DNA from: Eledone cirrhosa
Lineage: Eukaryota
DNA length: 64,000 nucleotides
Assembly (NCBI GenBank): GCA_964016885.1
Contig: OZ024740.1
Location: 143,406,001 to 143,470,000 of the forward strand
Direction: 5' to 3'
The translations under genes and the position numbers were made by a program. Shown here piece after piece: positions 25,701 through 38,060 of this stretch. A model generated the notes under the pieces. It had not been told where the DNA came from and ran no database searches. It was given only the letters and a program-made list of their open reading frames with translations. How positions within the stretch are numbered: position 1 is the stretch's first letter; every line of letters begins with the position of its first letter.

Positions 25701-28317
25701 TCTGATGAACATGCAAGCTTCTCCACCACATCATAGTAGATCTCTCATTCAATTTCTCATTAGTTCTGATAATCTTTATTATATATTTTTACTTTTAATT
25801 TCCATTATAAATATATCAAAGCTGATAAAAACTTAAACTTAAATCAATAAATTTAATATATCTATTTCAGGAACAATTTGGTTAGGGGAAGAAATAACTC
25901 TTAAAACTCCAATCAGTGCTAATACTTCGGCTATTACATGGAAAAGTGAAGGAAAGAATATTGCATGTGACAAAAGTTGCGGTGGGAATGAAGACTACAA
26001 AATTACTAGGGGAAATGGTTCATCTACCCTTTGGATAAGAAATGTTTCTTGGCAATATCGTACATGGACAGTTATTGAAAATGATTTGGAAACTGATGAC
26101 TTCACTATGGATATAAATGGTAAGGAAATAATTTCTGATGATAATAATCATGGAGCAAGTATTTTATGGTGTTAAATCAAAGTCAACATTTGTATTTTAA
26201 TGATTTATTTTCTATCTTGAATTGTAATATTTCTGTAATATATAATAATGTGGGATAGTTAACTAAATGAACTGGTTAGATTAACCCCTATGTCCTTGTT
26301 CTAATATCTTGACCACATTTCCAATAATTAGGTGTCTATATTACCACTTAATTGTTATATGGTTGACAATCTTTCGGTATCTTCTAATATCTTAATCACA
26401 TTCCCAGTGGTCACTTATCTAATGTTATATAACCCCTATAAAATAAGCTAATTTGTCAGACTGCCATATTTGTGTTTAAAATGTTTGTTTTTTGAAATTC
26501 AGATGTTATGTTGATTTTATTTATTTTTTTTTTTTATATAGAATTTTAAATAATAACATTCTTATTCCTTTTCTATCTCTAAGAATGATTCCACATTCCT
26601 TAGTACAGATGTATTGGAAGGTTTTATCTCTGAATGGTTTAGAAATCATATAAACACAAATTTAGCAGTATGTCTTATTTTATATAGTTTTCACAGAATT
26701 TTGAATCTCATAACTTGTTTGGTTTTAATATTGCAGTGAACTTTGTATATTTTCTGTTAGCCATGTGATGTTATAGACTATTTCCAACTCTCCTTATTTT
26801 CTGATAACTTTTTCTTGGAGTTGAAAACTGTGAAAACAACCACACATTAAGAGAACCCGCTTAACATTTGCAGAGATAGGAGAAATCAATCTAAATATAC
26901 CTACAGACTAACAAAGAACAGTCTGTCTGAGGAACAATTTGTCCTCTATATATGATTATATACACTTACAGACTGATGAGGATTCTTTGTTACTAAAATA
27001 TACATAAAACAACTTTATACTGATATTATTCTTGTTTTTTTTCTTTCCTTTTTTCAATTCTTGAAATGACAAAGAAATTGGTCTTATTTTTCATTGATCA
27101 GAACCTTTTTCCAAATTCTCACTGCAAACAAATCTATTGTAACCAAATCTTGACAATACAGTGTGGGAATAAAGAATCTGTAAATTAAAAAAGTAGCTTG
27201 TGGTAGCAATAATAATAAAGGCTTACCTTGCTTCCAGAATTCACTTAGAGGAATTTTTAATAGCAGCTCTTTCATGCTAAACAGCTTAAAACACCACACT
27301 TTTCTGTGAGTCTCACACTCACATACACACGCAACCATACTTTGAAAAAAATTCTATGTTGAAAGAGGATTGGAGTTCTGTTCCTTCACTAACCTGGCAC
27401 TATTTCCCTCTCATACTTCTGGCTCTTAACCCACAATACTACATACATTTTAAAAGACGGTATCATAGAAGCAACTAATTCATTATCGCTGGCAGGGCCT
27501 ATGAGAGGGGGTCCAACTAGTACTTTGTTCCGGGGGCCCAAGACCTAAGAAGGCCCCACAGCAACCATGCAACATCCATTTTGAGAATTTGCCTGCTTCA
27601 GAGCAAAATTTCTCCTGGAAGCCCTGATCGCAGGCACAGTTTTTTCTTTGGCAATTTCAGTATTGAAAAGTCTTCTAGTAGATGTTTCTCAAATGAGATG
27701 GAGGTGGGTGCAAATATTCTAAAATGCTGCTATTCGCACCAGAAATCAACATTCTCTGTTAACTGTTCTCTCTCATTTTCTGCATCATCATCATTGAACA
27801 GCCATTCTCCCTGGTAGCAAGTGTTGGACAGGTTATTACAGAATGAGTCAGTGCTCAAGTAGAGCTACTGACCTCTCAGATGGGTCAGAGGCCCACATCG
27901 TGCTTACATATATTTCCATACTCTATAGAGTGCACTTTATTGTGGCGCCAACATTAGAAAGGTTGTCATGACTTTGACACTGCTGAAGAAGCCTCTCAAC
28001 CCTTTATTTGACCAGTTTTCTATGACTGAATACCTTTCCTATCACCAACCACCTTTCAAAATGTACTGAGTTTGTTTAATTAAGTCACCAACACTAGAGA
28101 GGTTGTACCTTTGACGTAACGGAAGAATTCTTTTGACTCTTTTTAACACGGTTTCTATGACAGGATTCTCTTCCTATTGCCAACCAAGTCACAGGTTGTA
28201 CTGGGCGCATTTTTTGTAGCACCAACATTAAGGAGGTTATTGGTAATTGAGTTAACTGAAGATCCCTCTCTACTCTATGGGAGGGGATGTTAAAAAGGAT
28301 GGTAAGTATAATGCATG

Positions 28318-28350
<33 letters not shown>

Positions 28351-31300
28351 TTGTATGTATAATATGTACACATGATATATTTTGCAGTGAAGCCAACGAT
28401 TCATTTTGAAATCAAACCAAATTGTGACTACAAAATAAAAACGACTTGTTCTAAACCCAAGACAAATATAACATGTCTCTACGATGTAAGTAAATGGAAT
28501 TGGGTTTTTACCTGTTTCTCTTCCTATCAACTTGTCTGGGGTTCTTGTTTCTGAAGAGAGGTGCATCCTCATAAGCTAGAGAGAGTACTTTGCTGATCCT
28601 GGGTCACAATAGTTAATGTACATGAGTAGTGTCTAACCTTGCGAAGGCTGTGGTCACCAGAGCAATTAAAGTGCTCAAATGTGGCAAGGCCTCTGAGGAA
28701 GATGAAATTGGGCCTGAGGTTTAAAACCTTAAATAGAAAAGGTATGTTCTGGCTGACTCATGTGTTAGGTGGCCTGAATCTCTGTGAAGGCACCAAAGCA
28801 CTAGCAGCAGGGAGTGATACAATTTTAGAAGAAGTGAGATTGCTCTAATTATTTGTTGTTAACACAATATAAACTATAATAAAGTAAGAAGCGCGGGATT
28901 GCTTAGTAAAATAAGTTGGTTTACTTTGAATAAATAATGAATGAATATTACATAATTTATCTACTAAATTTCGTGGCTGTTCATTAAATATATTTTATTA
29001 TTTATTTAAAGATTCGCTTCTTTAAAATTTTCAAATGTAAACACTTCCGATCGCTTAAATAAATACTCATATATTTCCTTCACTAATTTTCTCCTAATGC
29101 AGTTTATATATAGTATCGTCTTTTTTAATGTATCATGGATTACATTACTGATTAAATAAGACAGTGTAACACAGTCTTCGTTCAATTTCTGTGTATATTG
29201 TCAATTACGATTTTATTTGATGTATCATATCTACATGCATATATACTTGCGTAAAATATCAATATACACACTAAACATACTAGCAGAAAACCACCCGAAG
29301 GGTGGTTTTTCTGCTAGTTTATTTAATGAATATGATTTACAGAATAAACAAATCAATAGAAATTAATTAGAGAAAGAAAAAACAAAAAACAAGAGAAGAT
29401 GGGTACACTCAATTGCATGCTACAACAGGGAATGTTCGTATTTCCCTAAAACATTTTGAGGTAATCAAGACACTCATGACATTGCTGCTGGAATAGCCAA
29501 GCACTCTTATGAGCATCACCTGATACTTCAGTAAGATGAGCTGCCAACAATGACAAGAACCTTATTGTCAGCAACCCTGCTACCACCAAATATTTTGAAT
29601 GCTTCAGGCTGAAACATGGATTACCAATAATTCACTGTATTTCAGAATTTTATTTCGTTTGGCTATGGTTGCAGTGACCCCCATTTTTTCTGCAGCATCT
29701 AATATATGAGGAGCAAAAGCATCACTGACTGTGGTGCCCCATAAGATGCATCTACTTTTAGCCTGAGGGCAAAGAGTAAGACGAATGAGCCTCTTTCCAT
29801 TAACCCTGGACAGTCCATTTCTAACAGAATTTGGAATTTCAAAATATTTTCCACTTACTATAGCTAATCTTCCAGCTCTAATCATATCATCTAGATAGAA
29901 AAATATATTTACTATTATCGATGGGGGATGGGGCTGGAGTGTTGTAACACTTTTCTGCTTGTTCGAGTTTAGGGTGGGGGGAGGTAGTGGATTAGCTAAC
30001 CTGCTTCTGCTGCATGCATTCCACTTGCATGAGAGGCGAGTTCTTCATATTACAGAATTTTTCTCAGTCCTGGATCATCTCCTTTATGGGATTTAACTGC
30101 ATGAGGTCGGCCTTTATGACACCATCTCATCACAGAATTTCCTAGGTCTTCCTCTTCCAAGGGTTCCTTTGACTTCAGGAGCCCTACATTTCTTTATGCA
30201 GCTGTCATCCTTCATACATATTACATGTTCATACTATCGCAATTTCTTCTCATGAACACTACACATGATGCCTCTTATGCCCAGCTTTACTCTTAGCTCA
30301 TTGATATTTCATCGCTCTTATATATTACTATTATACATTCATCGGAGCATGCTCATCTCATTTCTTTCCAATCTTTGTAAGTCCTCCATACACAAAGCCA
30401 AAGTCTAACTACAATGTAGCATTGCTGTTCGTACACAAGCAGCATACAGTCTGCCATTCACTCTGAGGCAGAAACCTTTTGTAGCTAGCAGTGACAGTAG
30501 CTCCCTGACTTAACTTTTTCCAACCAGTCCTTATTCTGGCTACTGTACTTTCAGAACACCCATTCCCACTACGAATTTGATCCTCTAGATAGCAGAAACT
30601 ATTGACTATTTCTAGGAAGCCCTCTGAACATTTAATAGGGCGTTTCATGTGTGCTCTTGTTACTTACTGCTTCTGTGCATTGGTTACATACAAAGCCTAC
30701 ATTTTTAACCTGGTGTAAAACCAAACTGCATCTTGTCTATGTTAATTCTATCCTGAATTAGTTGTGCAATAACTATTTCAGTAACTTTCATGACTTGGTT
30801 CATCAACTTGATGCCTCTTTAGTTTCCTCTGTCTAGTGTGTCTCCTTTGCCCTTGATGCTGCTATGCCAGTCATTAGGTATGACACCATCCTGTATTACT
30901 TGATTTACTATGCACATAGTGTGTGCCCCACTCAACCAGATACTTTTGGCATCTGAGCTACTATCCCTGATGGCCCAGCTGCTTTACTTGTCTTCATATC
31001 CTTCATTGCCTTACTTACTACACAGTTGCTAACTTGGCTCACCAGACCCTCTGTTGAATCTGCTTGAGGCAGGCCTTCTTTCTTCTCAGCAACAATGAGG
31101 GCAAGTCAACCACTGTCATTTTGGACACAATTCTCCCCAACAACATCTTGATTTTTCCCTCACATCTTGCAATCCTGAACACCTCATGCCTATGGTCCCC
31201 ACAGTGCAGAACATGCACACATTTCTTGTTTTCTGCTTTCCTCCTTCCTAAGTATACCTGTCACTTGGCTTCTCTTCTACCATCTTGATACTGTTCTCTG

Positions 31301-34300
31301 CTTCCCCCATTTTGCCAATCTTTCCATGTCTGTTTCTTAATTCTAGCTGTCTCATCTACTCTTCTATTCCACCACCATGTCACTCTATGGCATCCAGGGG
31401 CCTTGTTTTGAAGTATATGGGGACAGGGAAGGTTCTGTGGTATGAGTTAATTGGATTTGGTGCCTGGGATGTAGTGAGTTTGCATGGCATTTCAGTCATA
31501 TTTCTGAACATGGTGTGGTACTTCAGCCCCTTTTCTAAAATGATCTACCTCATTTATATCGCTTATCCAGATTGATCAGACAGAAAACTGTTGGTGGTGG
31601 AAAGGGGATGGAAGAGAGGTTTCTGATGAGGTTTAGGGAAGAGGAGGAGAATAGAATTTAGGAAAAGAAAGATGGCAAACATGGATAAAATAGAACAGGA
31701 CAAGAGAGATCTGAAGAAGTAAATTTTAGGGAAGAAAGATGAGATAGATTGAAAACAGCAAGCAAAAATAAAATGAAATATTTATGAACAATACAAGAGA
31801 GAGAGTGAGAAATGAATTGTAGGGAAGGAAGAAAAATGAGAAATATATAATGTATATGGCAGAATTTGCAGAAAAGAGGAGAATAGGATTTATGAAAAGA
31901 GAGATAGCAAACATCACTAAAAATAGAATATTCATAAGATATAAGCTTTAAGGAAGAAAGATGAGATAAGAAGAAAATATATACTGTATATACTCAAATA
32001 TAAGCCACCACCACCCCTATTTTATGTCTGAGAAATGAGCAAAAATCCAACTGATCAACACATTATGTTTAGATAGAATGGTTTTGAAATTCTCGTGATT
32101 ATAAAATATAGTTACAAAGTTTTAATATTTTGATGTTTAAAATATAGTTTTTGTTTCACACCTCCATTGGGTAATGAGTTTCCATTACGCTAAGTTTCAA
32201 CAAGTTTCTCAAATGTTTGTTTACTTCTGGCCACTCACATGCTACAAGTACTTTGAAAGCAAGAAATCAACTAAGAAAGCATTGTATTAGAATAGAAGAA
32301 GGAGGGGGTGACAGCAAGTGAGAGATGGCAATAAAATAATATTAGAAGAAAGATTTCAATTTTACAGAACATTGAAAGAAAAAGTATTATTAAGTCAGAG
32401 AAAAACATGTATGTGTGTGCACATGTGCATATGTAATTCTGTATAAGATATTTATGTATTAAAAAATTCAAATTATAAAACTTTGTTGGAAATATTTTCA
32501 TGGGAATGCATAAAAAACACTAATGATGATGTAAATGAAGCAAAACAGTTTCATTGTAAAATAATCACTCCATATATTTTAACACCTTATTTCTGGTGAA
32601 AATCAGCAAAATATAAGCTGACACCCATTTTACCATTGATTCTTTTTGTCACATATTTATTAGCTTATATTCAAGTATATATGGTATATGTGACTGTGTT
32701 TGAAGGAAAAGGTGAGGGCTTACAAGAATTAGTCACATAGTGTTATGTATATGCGGATGAAGTACAGAGGATATTATATGTAATATATTCTTGATTTGTG
32801 TAATGTTTATATTTTGGTTTAATGAAATTAAGCTATATCGTCAAGCACTTATTTCAGAATATTTGCAAGCTCTTTTAGTAATGGGGAATGAACTTTGACA
32901 CGGGATTGGGGATCAAGTTTCATGTGACAAGGCCTAGTTTCAAAAAGGGATTTATATCATGTTGGTATCCTCTATATAGAAATATGTATAATGAGTGTTC
33001 TACCACATTCAGACTATAATCACTGTACTATGTCCAGCTCCACCACTTGTTCTGTTACCAATATAACAGAACTTATCAATAATATAGAAGATATCATTGT
33101 AAGCCTTGCATGTGTCATAGTTGAAATTATGGTAACTTTCCAGATTGTCTCAATAATGTTATACCTTATGACTGTTTGAACAAGCTAAGTAACTTAAATA
33201 GAAATAAATTAAGTATTAAATGTAATAAAGTAAAAGTTTAGTCCTTGAAAATTAGTTACTGGGGAAAAATCATTTGAGCCAGTCAAAATCTCACAAAAAC
33301 TTTGAAATTCACTTTTATCATTTATTTATTGTTGTCAAACTTTTCCTTGCATTGATTATGACCAAGTTACTGACACAGTTTCACTGATAAATATAAAATG
33401 AATTTAAGTTTCTTAAGTCTCAACACAAGCTCAATCAAGTCACATACCAACCAAGTACAACTCTGAAATTAATAATGATTTCTTTAAATATTCTTCTTTA
33501 TTTTACTTTCTTTCTCAGAAAGATCTGAAACTTACACACGAATCTGAACCTTGTAATAATCGAAGTAGTAAATTAAACCCTCCTGATGTAAAGTTAATAC
33601 ACCAATCAACTACACCTGGGAAAATCAAATGTGATGTCCATCTTGATAGTCTTTTACTGTTTACTGTAAATAAAGAATTTGAATGTAAGGGCATGATTTT
33701 ATCATTTTTATAAATAATATTGGAAATTGTTTTCAAATGTTCTTTGTTTAGATATATTCACTTCTTAGAATCTGCTCCCACCATCACTGTACTCCCCCAA
33801 TTCCACCCCTTCCACTCATCACCCTGTCAAACCCCAGCACACCTATCTTATACCCATAACATATTCTCTTCACCTTTTTACTTCCTCACATCACCACTTG
33901 AAGCCAGGCATGGAACCTATCACTCTCCACCTCTTGTCACCTATGATATACCTAATATCCTTTTTACATCCTTCATCGTCTCTCCCCAAATAAGTTGAGT
34001 GATTGCATAAATGCTGCATCATTGGCTCTAAAGGACTGTAGCATTACTTCTTCACATGAAGGTAACTTAGACAAACTATAACCACTTGATTTCTTGCAGC
34101 TATTAAATAAATAACAATATATTGGTTTTCTTTTGCAGGCACTAGCTCTTCAGTGAAGCCTCTTACTACAATGACAGAGGATATTATTACAATGACACCT
34201 TTTACAATAGCGTCTATTTCGGGTAATAGTGCAAAATCATGCATTTCCAGAATTTGGATGGAACTTATTATTGGGATCATCATTACTGTTATCTGTTTAA

Positions 34301-34308
34301 GATATTAA
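22664..34308 (+). CDS. Spliced gene, join(22664..22703,24447..24488,25871..26119,28388..28485,33519..33684,34139..34308): predicted GPI-anchored two-Ig-like-domain cell-surface glycoprotein, 254 aa
   Basis: All five introns are GT-AG with pyrimidine tracts, and the phases (1,1,1,0,1) join into a 765-nt stop-free frame: MKILPLLYLLAMTYISMVNAKLNIEANGTIWLGEEITLKTPISANTSAITWKSEGKNIACDKSCGGNEDYKITRGNGSSTLWIRNVSWQYRTWTVIENDLETDDFTMDINVKPTIHFEIKPNCDYKIKTTCSKPKTNITCLYDKDLKLTHESEPCNNRSSKLNPPDVKLIHQSTTPGKIKCDVHLDSLLLFTVNKEFECTSSSVKPLTTMTEDIITMTPFTIASISGNSAKSCISRIWMELIIGIIITVICLRY*. The Ig-fold and GPI calls are motif-based inference. Confidence 0.85.
22930..24050 (-). mobile_element. Gypsy/Ty3 gag-pol fragment in an intron of the Ig-like gene
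   Basis: Zn knuckle C..C.KKGHW..VC, protease LLDTGS, and RT start SPWRA..KRLVIDYS. Confidence 0.85.
24447..24488 (+). CDS. Coding exon 2 (42 nt; signal cleavage VNA|KL)
   Basis: ttttcatcttttatag acceptor and GTAATT donor, phase 1-1. It is required: splicing exon 1 directly to exon 3 would create TGA. Confidence 0.8.
25871..26119 (+). CDS. Coding exon 3 (V-like Ig domain)
   Basis: tctatttcag acceptor, GTAAGG donor, 249 nt open, phase 1-1. Ig-like motifs GEEITL, ITW and STLWIRNV. Confidence 0.88.
28388..28485 (+). CDS. Coding exon 4 (second domain, N-half)
   Basis: tttgcag acceptor, GTAAGT donor, phase 1-0; VKPTI...TCSKPKTNITCLYD. Confidence 0.85.
29460..29890 (-). mobile_element. CRE-like RLE endonuclease/3' fragment (related copy at about 41760-42150)
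   Basis: GLSRVNGKR..LTL.P..RC..W.TTVSDAFAP..AAE..K..KY. Confidence 0.6.
30050..31400 (-). mobile_element. Highly decayed RTE family A LINE
   Basis: EIVNSFCYL..GCSESTVARIRTGWKK and further homologous pieces. Confidence 0.8.
33519..33684 (+). CDS. Coding exon 5 (second domain, C-half)
   Basis: Long pyrimidine tract ending tttctcag, GTAAGG donor, phase 0-1, open frame containing GKIKCDV. Confidence 0.85.
34139..34308 (+). CDS. Coding exon 6 (S/T stalk and GPI-type signal, stop TAA)
   Basis: ttttcttttgcag acceptor. S/T-rich stalk, small residues SGNSA, then hydrophobic IWMELIIGIIITVICL, and only RY before the stop. Confidence 0.85.
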
Positions 34309-34724
34309 AAAGTAATAGATAGAGATGGTATGTATTATCCACTATTTTTTTGCATGAATTTGATGGGTTTTCACCCTCACAGCTTACTTTCAACTTGCTC
34401 CAACAATTTGAGATCAGCATCTCACCACTTCAGTCAAAGTCTTCCTTAGTCTTCTCTTCCACATCTTTCTTCCTTGGATTCTCTTAGTTCTTCTTGACCC
34501 AACGATCATTATGCATCAGCATCACATGTCCTTACCAGTGCAATCTTCTCTCTTGCACATTTGATTCAACTTATGCCCAGTTTTTCACTCAATTCATTTG
34601 TGCTTCATCATTCATGCATACTAACATTACACATTCTTAAAGAGCATGTTTGATTTGTTTCTCTGCAGTCTTCACACATTCTCTGTATTCACTGCCCATG
34701 TCTTACTACAATGCTGTATCACAC

Positions 34725-35590
34725 TTAAGAGACGTGCAACCAAGCAAATACCCTCCATCAGGCATCTACCATACTCTGAATGCCTTGCTTCCCTGGGCAT
34801 GGATACATTGAAGCTCCGACGTCTGGCAATTGACTTGGTAAACACCCACAAAATTATTAACCATCTGAGCACCTTTTTGATTTCCATGTGTCTAACACAC
34901 ATGGGCATGCCTACAAAGTCAGAAAACAGCACAGCTCCCATGACTTTCGGAAAAAATTTTTCATGCTCAGAGTTGCTGAAGCATGGAACAAACTCTGCAT
35001 CAGTTGTTAGCTGCCGAGACACAACATGCTTTAAAACCTCCATGCTTCCTGAAATTTGCCAACACTATACTTGATATCCCTCCTCCATACACATGCACAC
35101 ATATATATCATGACTCATACACTGTTCACTTTCCTGGCATTTGTACATCATTCTATGTACTATAAATGCACCTTTGATGAATCGTAGTGCACCTGAGCAC
35201 TGTACACAATAAATTCATTATTATTATATATATATAATGAAATTATTGTGTGGAGTGCTCAGGTGCACTACAACTCGTCAAAGGTGCATGTATAGTACAT
35301 AGAATAATACACAAATGTCAGTGAAGTGAATAGTGTATGAGTCATGATATATATGTGTGTATGTGTATGGAGGGGGAACATTAGGTGTAGTGTTGGCGAA
35401 TCTCGGGAAGCATGGAGGCCTTAAAGGATGCAGTGTCTCGACAGCTAACAACCGATGCAGGTAGTTTGTTCCATGCTTCAGCAACTCTGAGCGTGAAAAA
35501 ATGTTTTCGAAAGTCATGGGAACTGTACAGTTTTCTGACTTTGTGGGCATGTCCACATGTGTTAGACACATGGAAATCAAAAAGGTACTC
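34725..35590. mobile_element. Two CR1-type LINE 3' ends, tail-to-tail (inverted repeat centred about 35230)
   Basis: RRATKQIPSIRHLPYSE.L on +, and TCGHAHK..RKHFFTLRVAEAWNKLP on -. Arms are about 350 bp. Confidence 0.85.
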
Positions 35591-35748
35591 AGGGTTGTTA
35601 TATGCAGGAATCATACAATCTACGCTTCAGATGTAGAGAAAAACCCTTGTTATCAACAAATATTTCAGTGTTACCTCTTTTCTCACTATTACCTCAGACA
35701 AAGAAGAATCCATCTTTAAAAATTTATAAATAAATTTTTTTTAATGAA

Positions 35749-38060
35749 ATCATCATCATCATTTTACGTCCGCTTTTCCCTGCTTGCAAGGGTGGGACGG
35801 GTCTTATTCAGCACAGCATCTCTCCACTCGTCACAGTCCCTCGTCATCTCCACAGTGAGCTTCAATGATCTGAGGTCTGTTCTCACCACCTCCGCCCATG
35901 TTTTTCGTGGTCTACCTCTACCACGTCTTCCTTCAACTGGCATTTCCTGGCACTTCTTCACCCATCGGTCATCCTCCATGCGCATCACATGTCCATACCA
36001 CCTCAGTCTCCTCTCCCGTACACTACATTCTATCCCTCTCAGACACAGTTTCTCTCTCAACACATTTATGCTGGGTCGTTCACGCACATTTACACTGCAC
36101 ATCCAACGGAGCATGCTTGCCTCATTTCTCTCCAGCCGTCGCATATCCTCTGCGGTTGCTGCCCATGTCTCACTACCATGCAGCATCGCGCTCCTCACAC
36201 AGGCATCATACAACCGGCCTTTCGTACGCAGGGAGAAACCCTTCTTCGTCAACAGAGGAAGCAGCTCCCTAAACTTCTTCCAACCCGTCCTTATTCTAGA
36301 TACTATGGCCTCGGAACACCCTCCTCCCATGCTAATCTGATCTCCTAGGTACCGGAAGCTATCCACCACTTCTATAGCGCCCTCTCGCATTTGAAAAATG
36401 TGTCTATCAGTGCGACTTCTACTGTCTAATTTCCCTATACACCATATATAGCCTGATTGATGATGCGTGCAACCAGTTTAGTGCCTACGTCCCCTGATGC
36501 CTTCAGCATCTCAGCAACTATTCCCGATGGTCCGGCCGCCTTACCATTTTTCATTTCCCTAATCGCCTCTTGGACCCTATATTCGTCAATCTCAATAGCT
36601 GGTCCCTCTGTCGGATCTACCAAGGGTAATTTCTCTCTCTCCCATTCGTTCTCCACATTCATCAGTCTCTCATAATGACATTTCCAGGCCTCCTTTTTCT
36701 GGTCATTCGTGACACTAAGTACACCGGCATCATCCCGGACACATTTATCTCCAACAACATCCTGATTTGCATTGACACACTGCCTTGCAATGTGGAACAC
36801 CGCACGCCTCTGATCTTCCCGTCGCAGAACATTGGCAAACCTCCTACTCTCTGCCTCCCTGCGTGCTAAGTACACCTGACGTCTAGCTTCTCTCTTAGTG
36901 GCTGTATATTCTTCCCTACTCCCACCCTTTTTCCAAGCCTTCCATGCTAGTCTTTTGTCTCTAATAGCCTTATCTACTGTGCTGTTCCACCACCAGGTCA
37001 CTCTCTGTCTGGTTGGAGCTCTGCTCCAGCCACAGGTTTCATCAGTAGCCTGCAGCAAGTTGTCACGTAAGAACTTCCAGTTATTATCTATGTCATACGT
37101 CTCTAAATTGTCTTCTTTTTCGTCATATACATCTTGAAGGGCTTTCCTAAATTTGTATTTTAGTGAAAGGTCTTTTAGCTTCCAGACCTTTCTTCTCCAC
37201 ACCTTCCTATATGTCTCATTCTATCTCTTGCTTACTGAGATATCACTAACAGCTAACCTATGCTGTGGGGTACATTCTTCCCCAGGGTATGCCTTGGTAT
37301 TAGACACTATCTGCCTGTCCCGCTGCCTAACTAGCAGGAAGTCAATCTGGCTTATGTGCTCACCAGATTTGTAGGTTATTAGGTGATTGGCAGGTTTCTG
37401 GAAGTTTGTGTTGCAAATAGTCAATGTACTCGCATCACAAAATTCAAGAAGTCTCACTCCTTCTTCATTTCTTGAACCGTAACCGTGCCCACCATGTACC
37501 CCAGTGTAACCATCCTGGAGCTGTCCAACATGACCATTGAAGTCTCCTGCTAGCATAACGATGTCTCCGTCCTCTGTCATTGTGGTTGTTTGCAAAAGTT
37601 GCTCATAAAAGCAGTCTTTCTCATCTTTGCCTAGGCCTGCTTGGGGAGCATAGACCGAGATGATTGTCAGTAGTCTCCTACCTACAACTAATCTAAGCTT
37701 AATTATTCGATTACTAACTCGAACTACCTCTATTGTCTTATTGATCCATTTCTCAGCCAGGAAAATGCCTACTCCCCCTAACTCATCATCATTACCTACC
37801 CAGAATAGCTTATAGCTAAGACGCTTGCCTACAACTAGTCTCGCAGAGGCACCTCTCCATCTCACCTCTTGCACGCAGCACACATCCACCTGCCTTCTCT
37901 CCAGCATCTCTGCTATTTCAGCAGATCTACCTCTGAGAGTGCCAACATTAAGTGTTGCAACTCTGAGATGCGACGTCTTCATATTTTCCTATGCTGTTTT
38001 GTTGCTGTGCTGATAAGCTTTTTGGCATTGATACACTGGTTGGATGCCCTTACTAACACC
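35749..38060 (-). mobile_element. RTE LINE (related to family A), well preserved but with the RT core deleted
   Basis: ORFs 37221-37982 (APE), 36435-37202 and 35764-36390; (ATG)n tail; no YADD region. Confidence 0.92.

Noticed and set aside
29279-29318. Bacterial rho-independent terminator
   Set aside because: Lies in a eukaryotic intron; better explained as a Helitron-like end.
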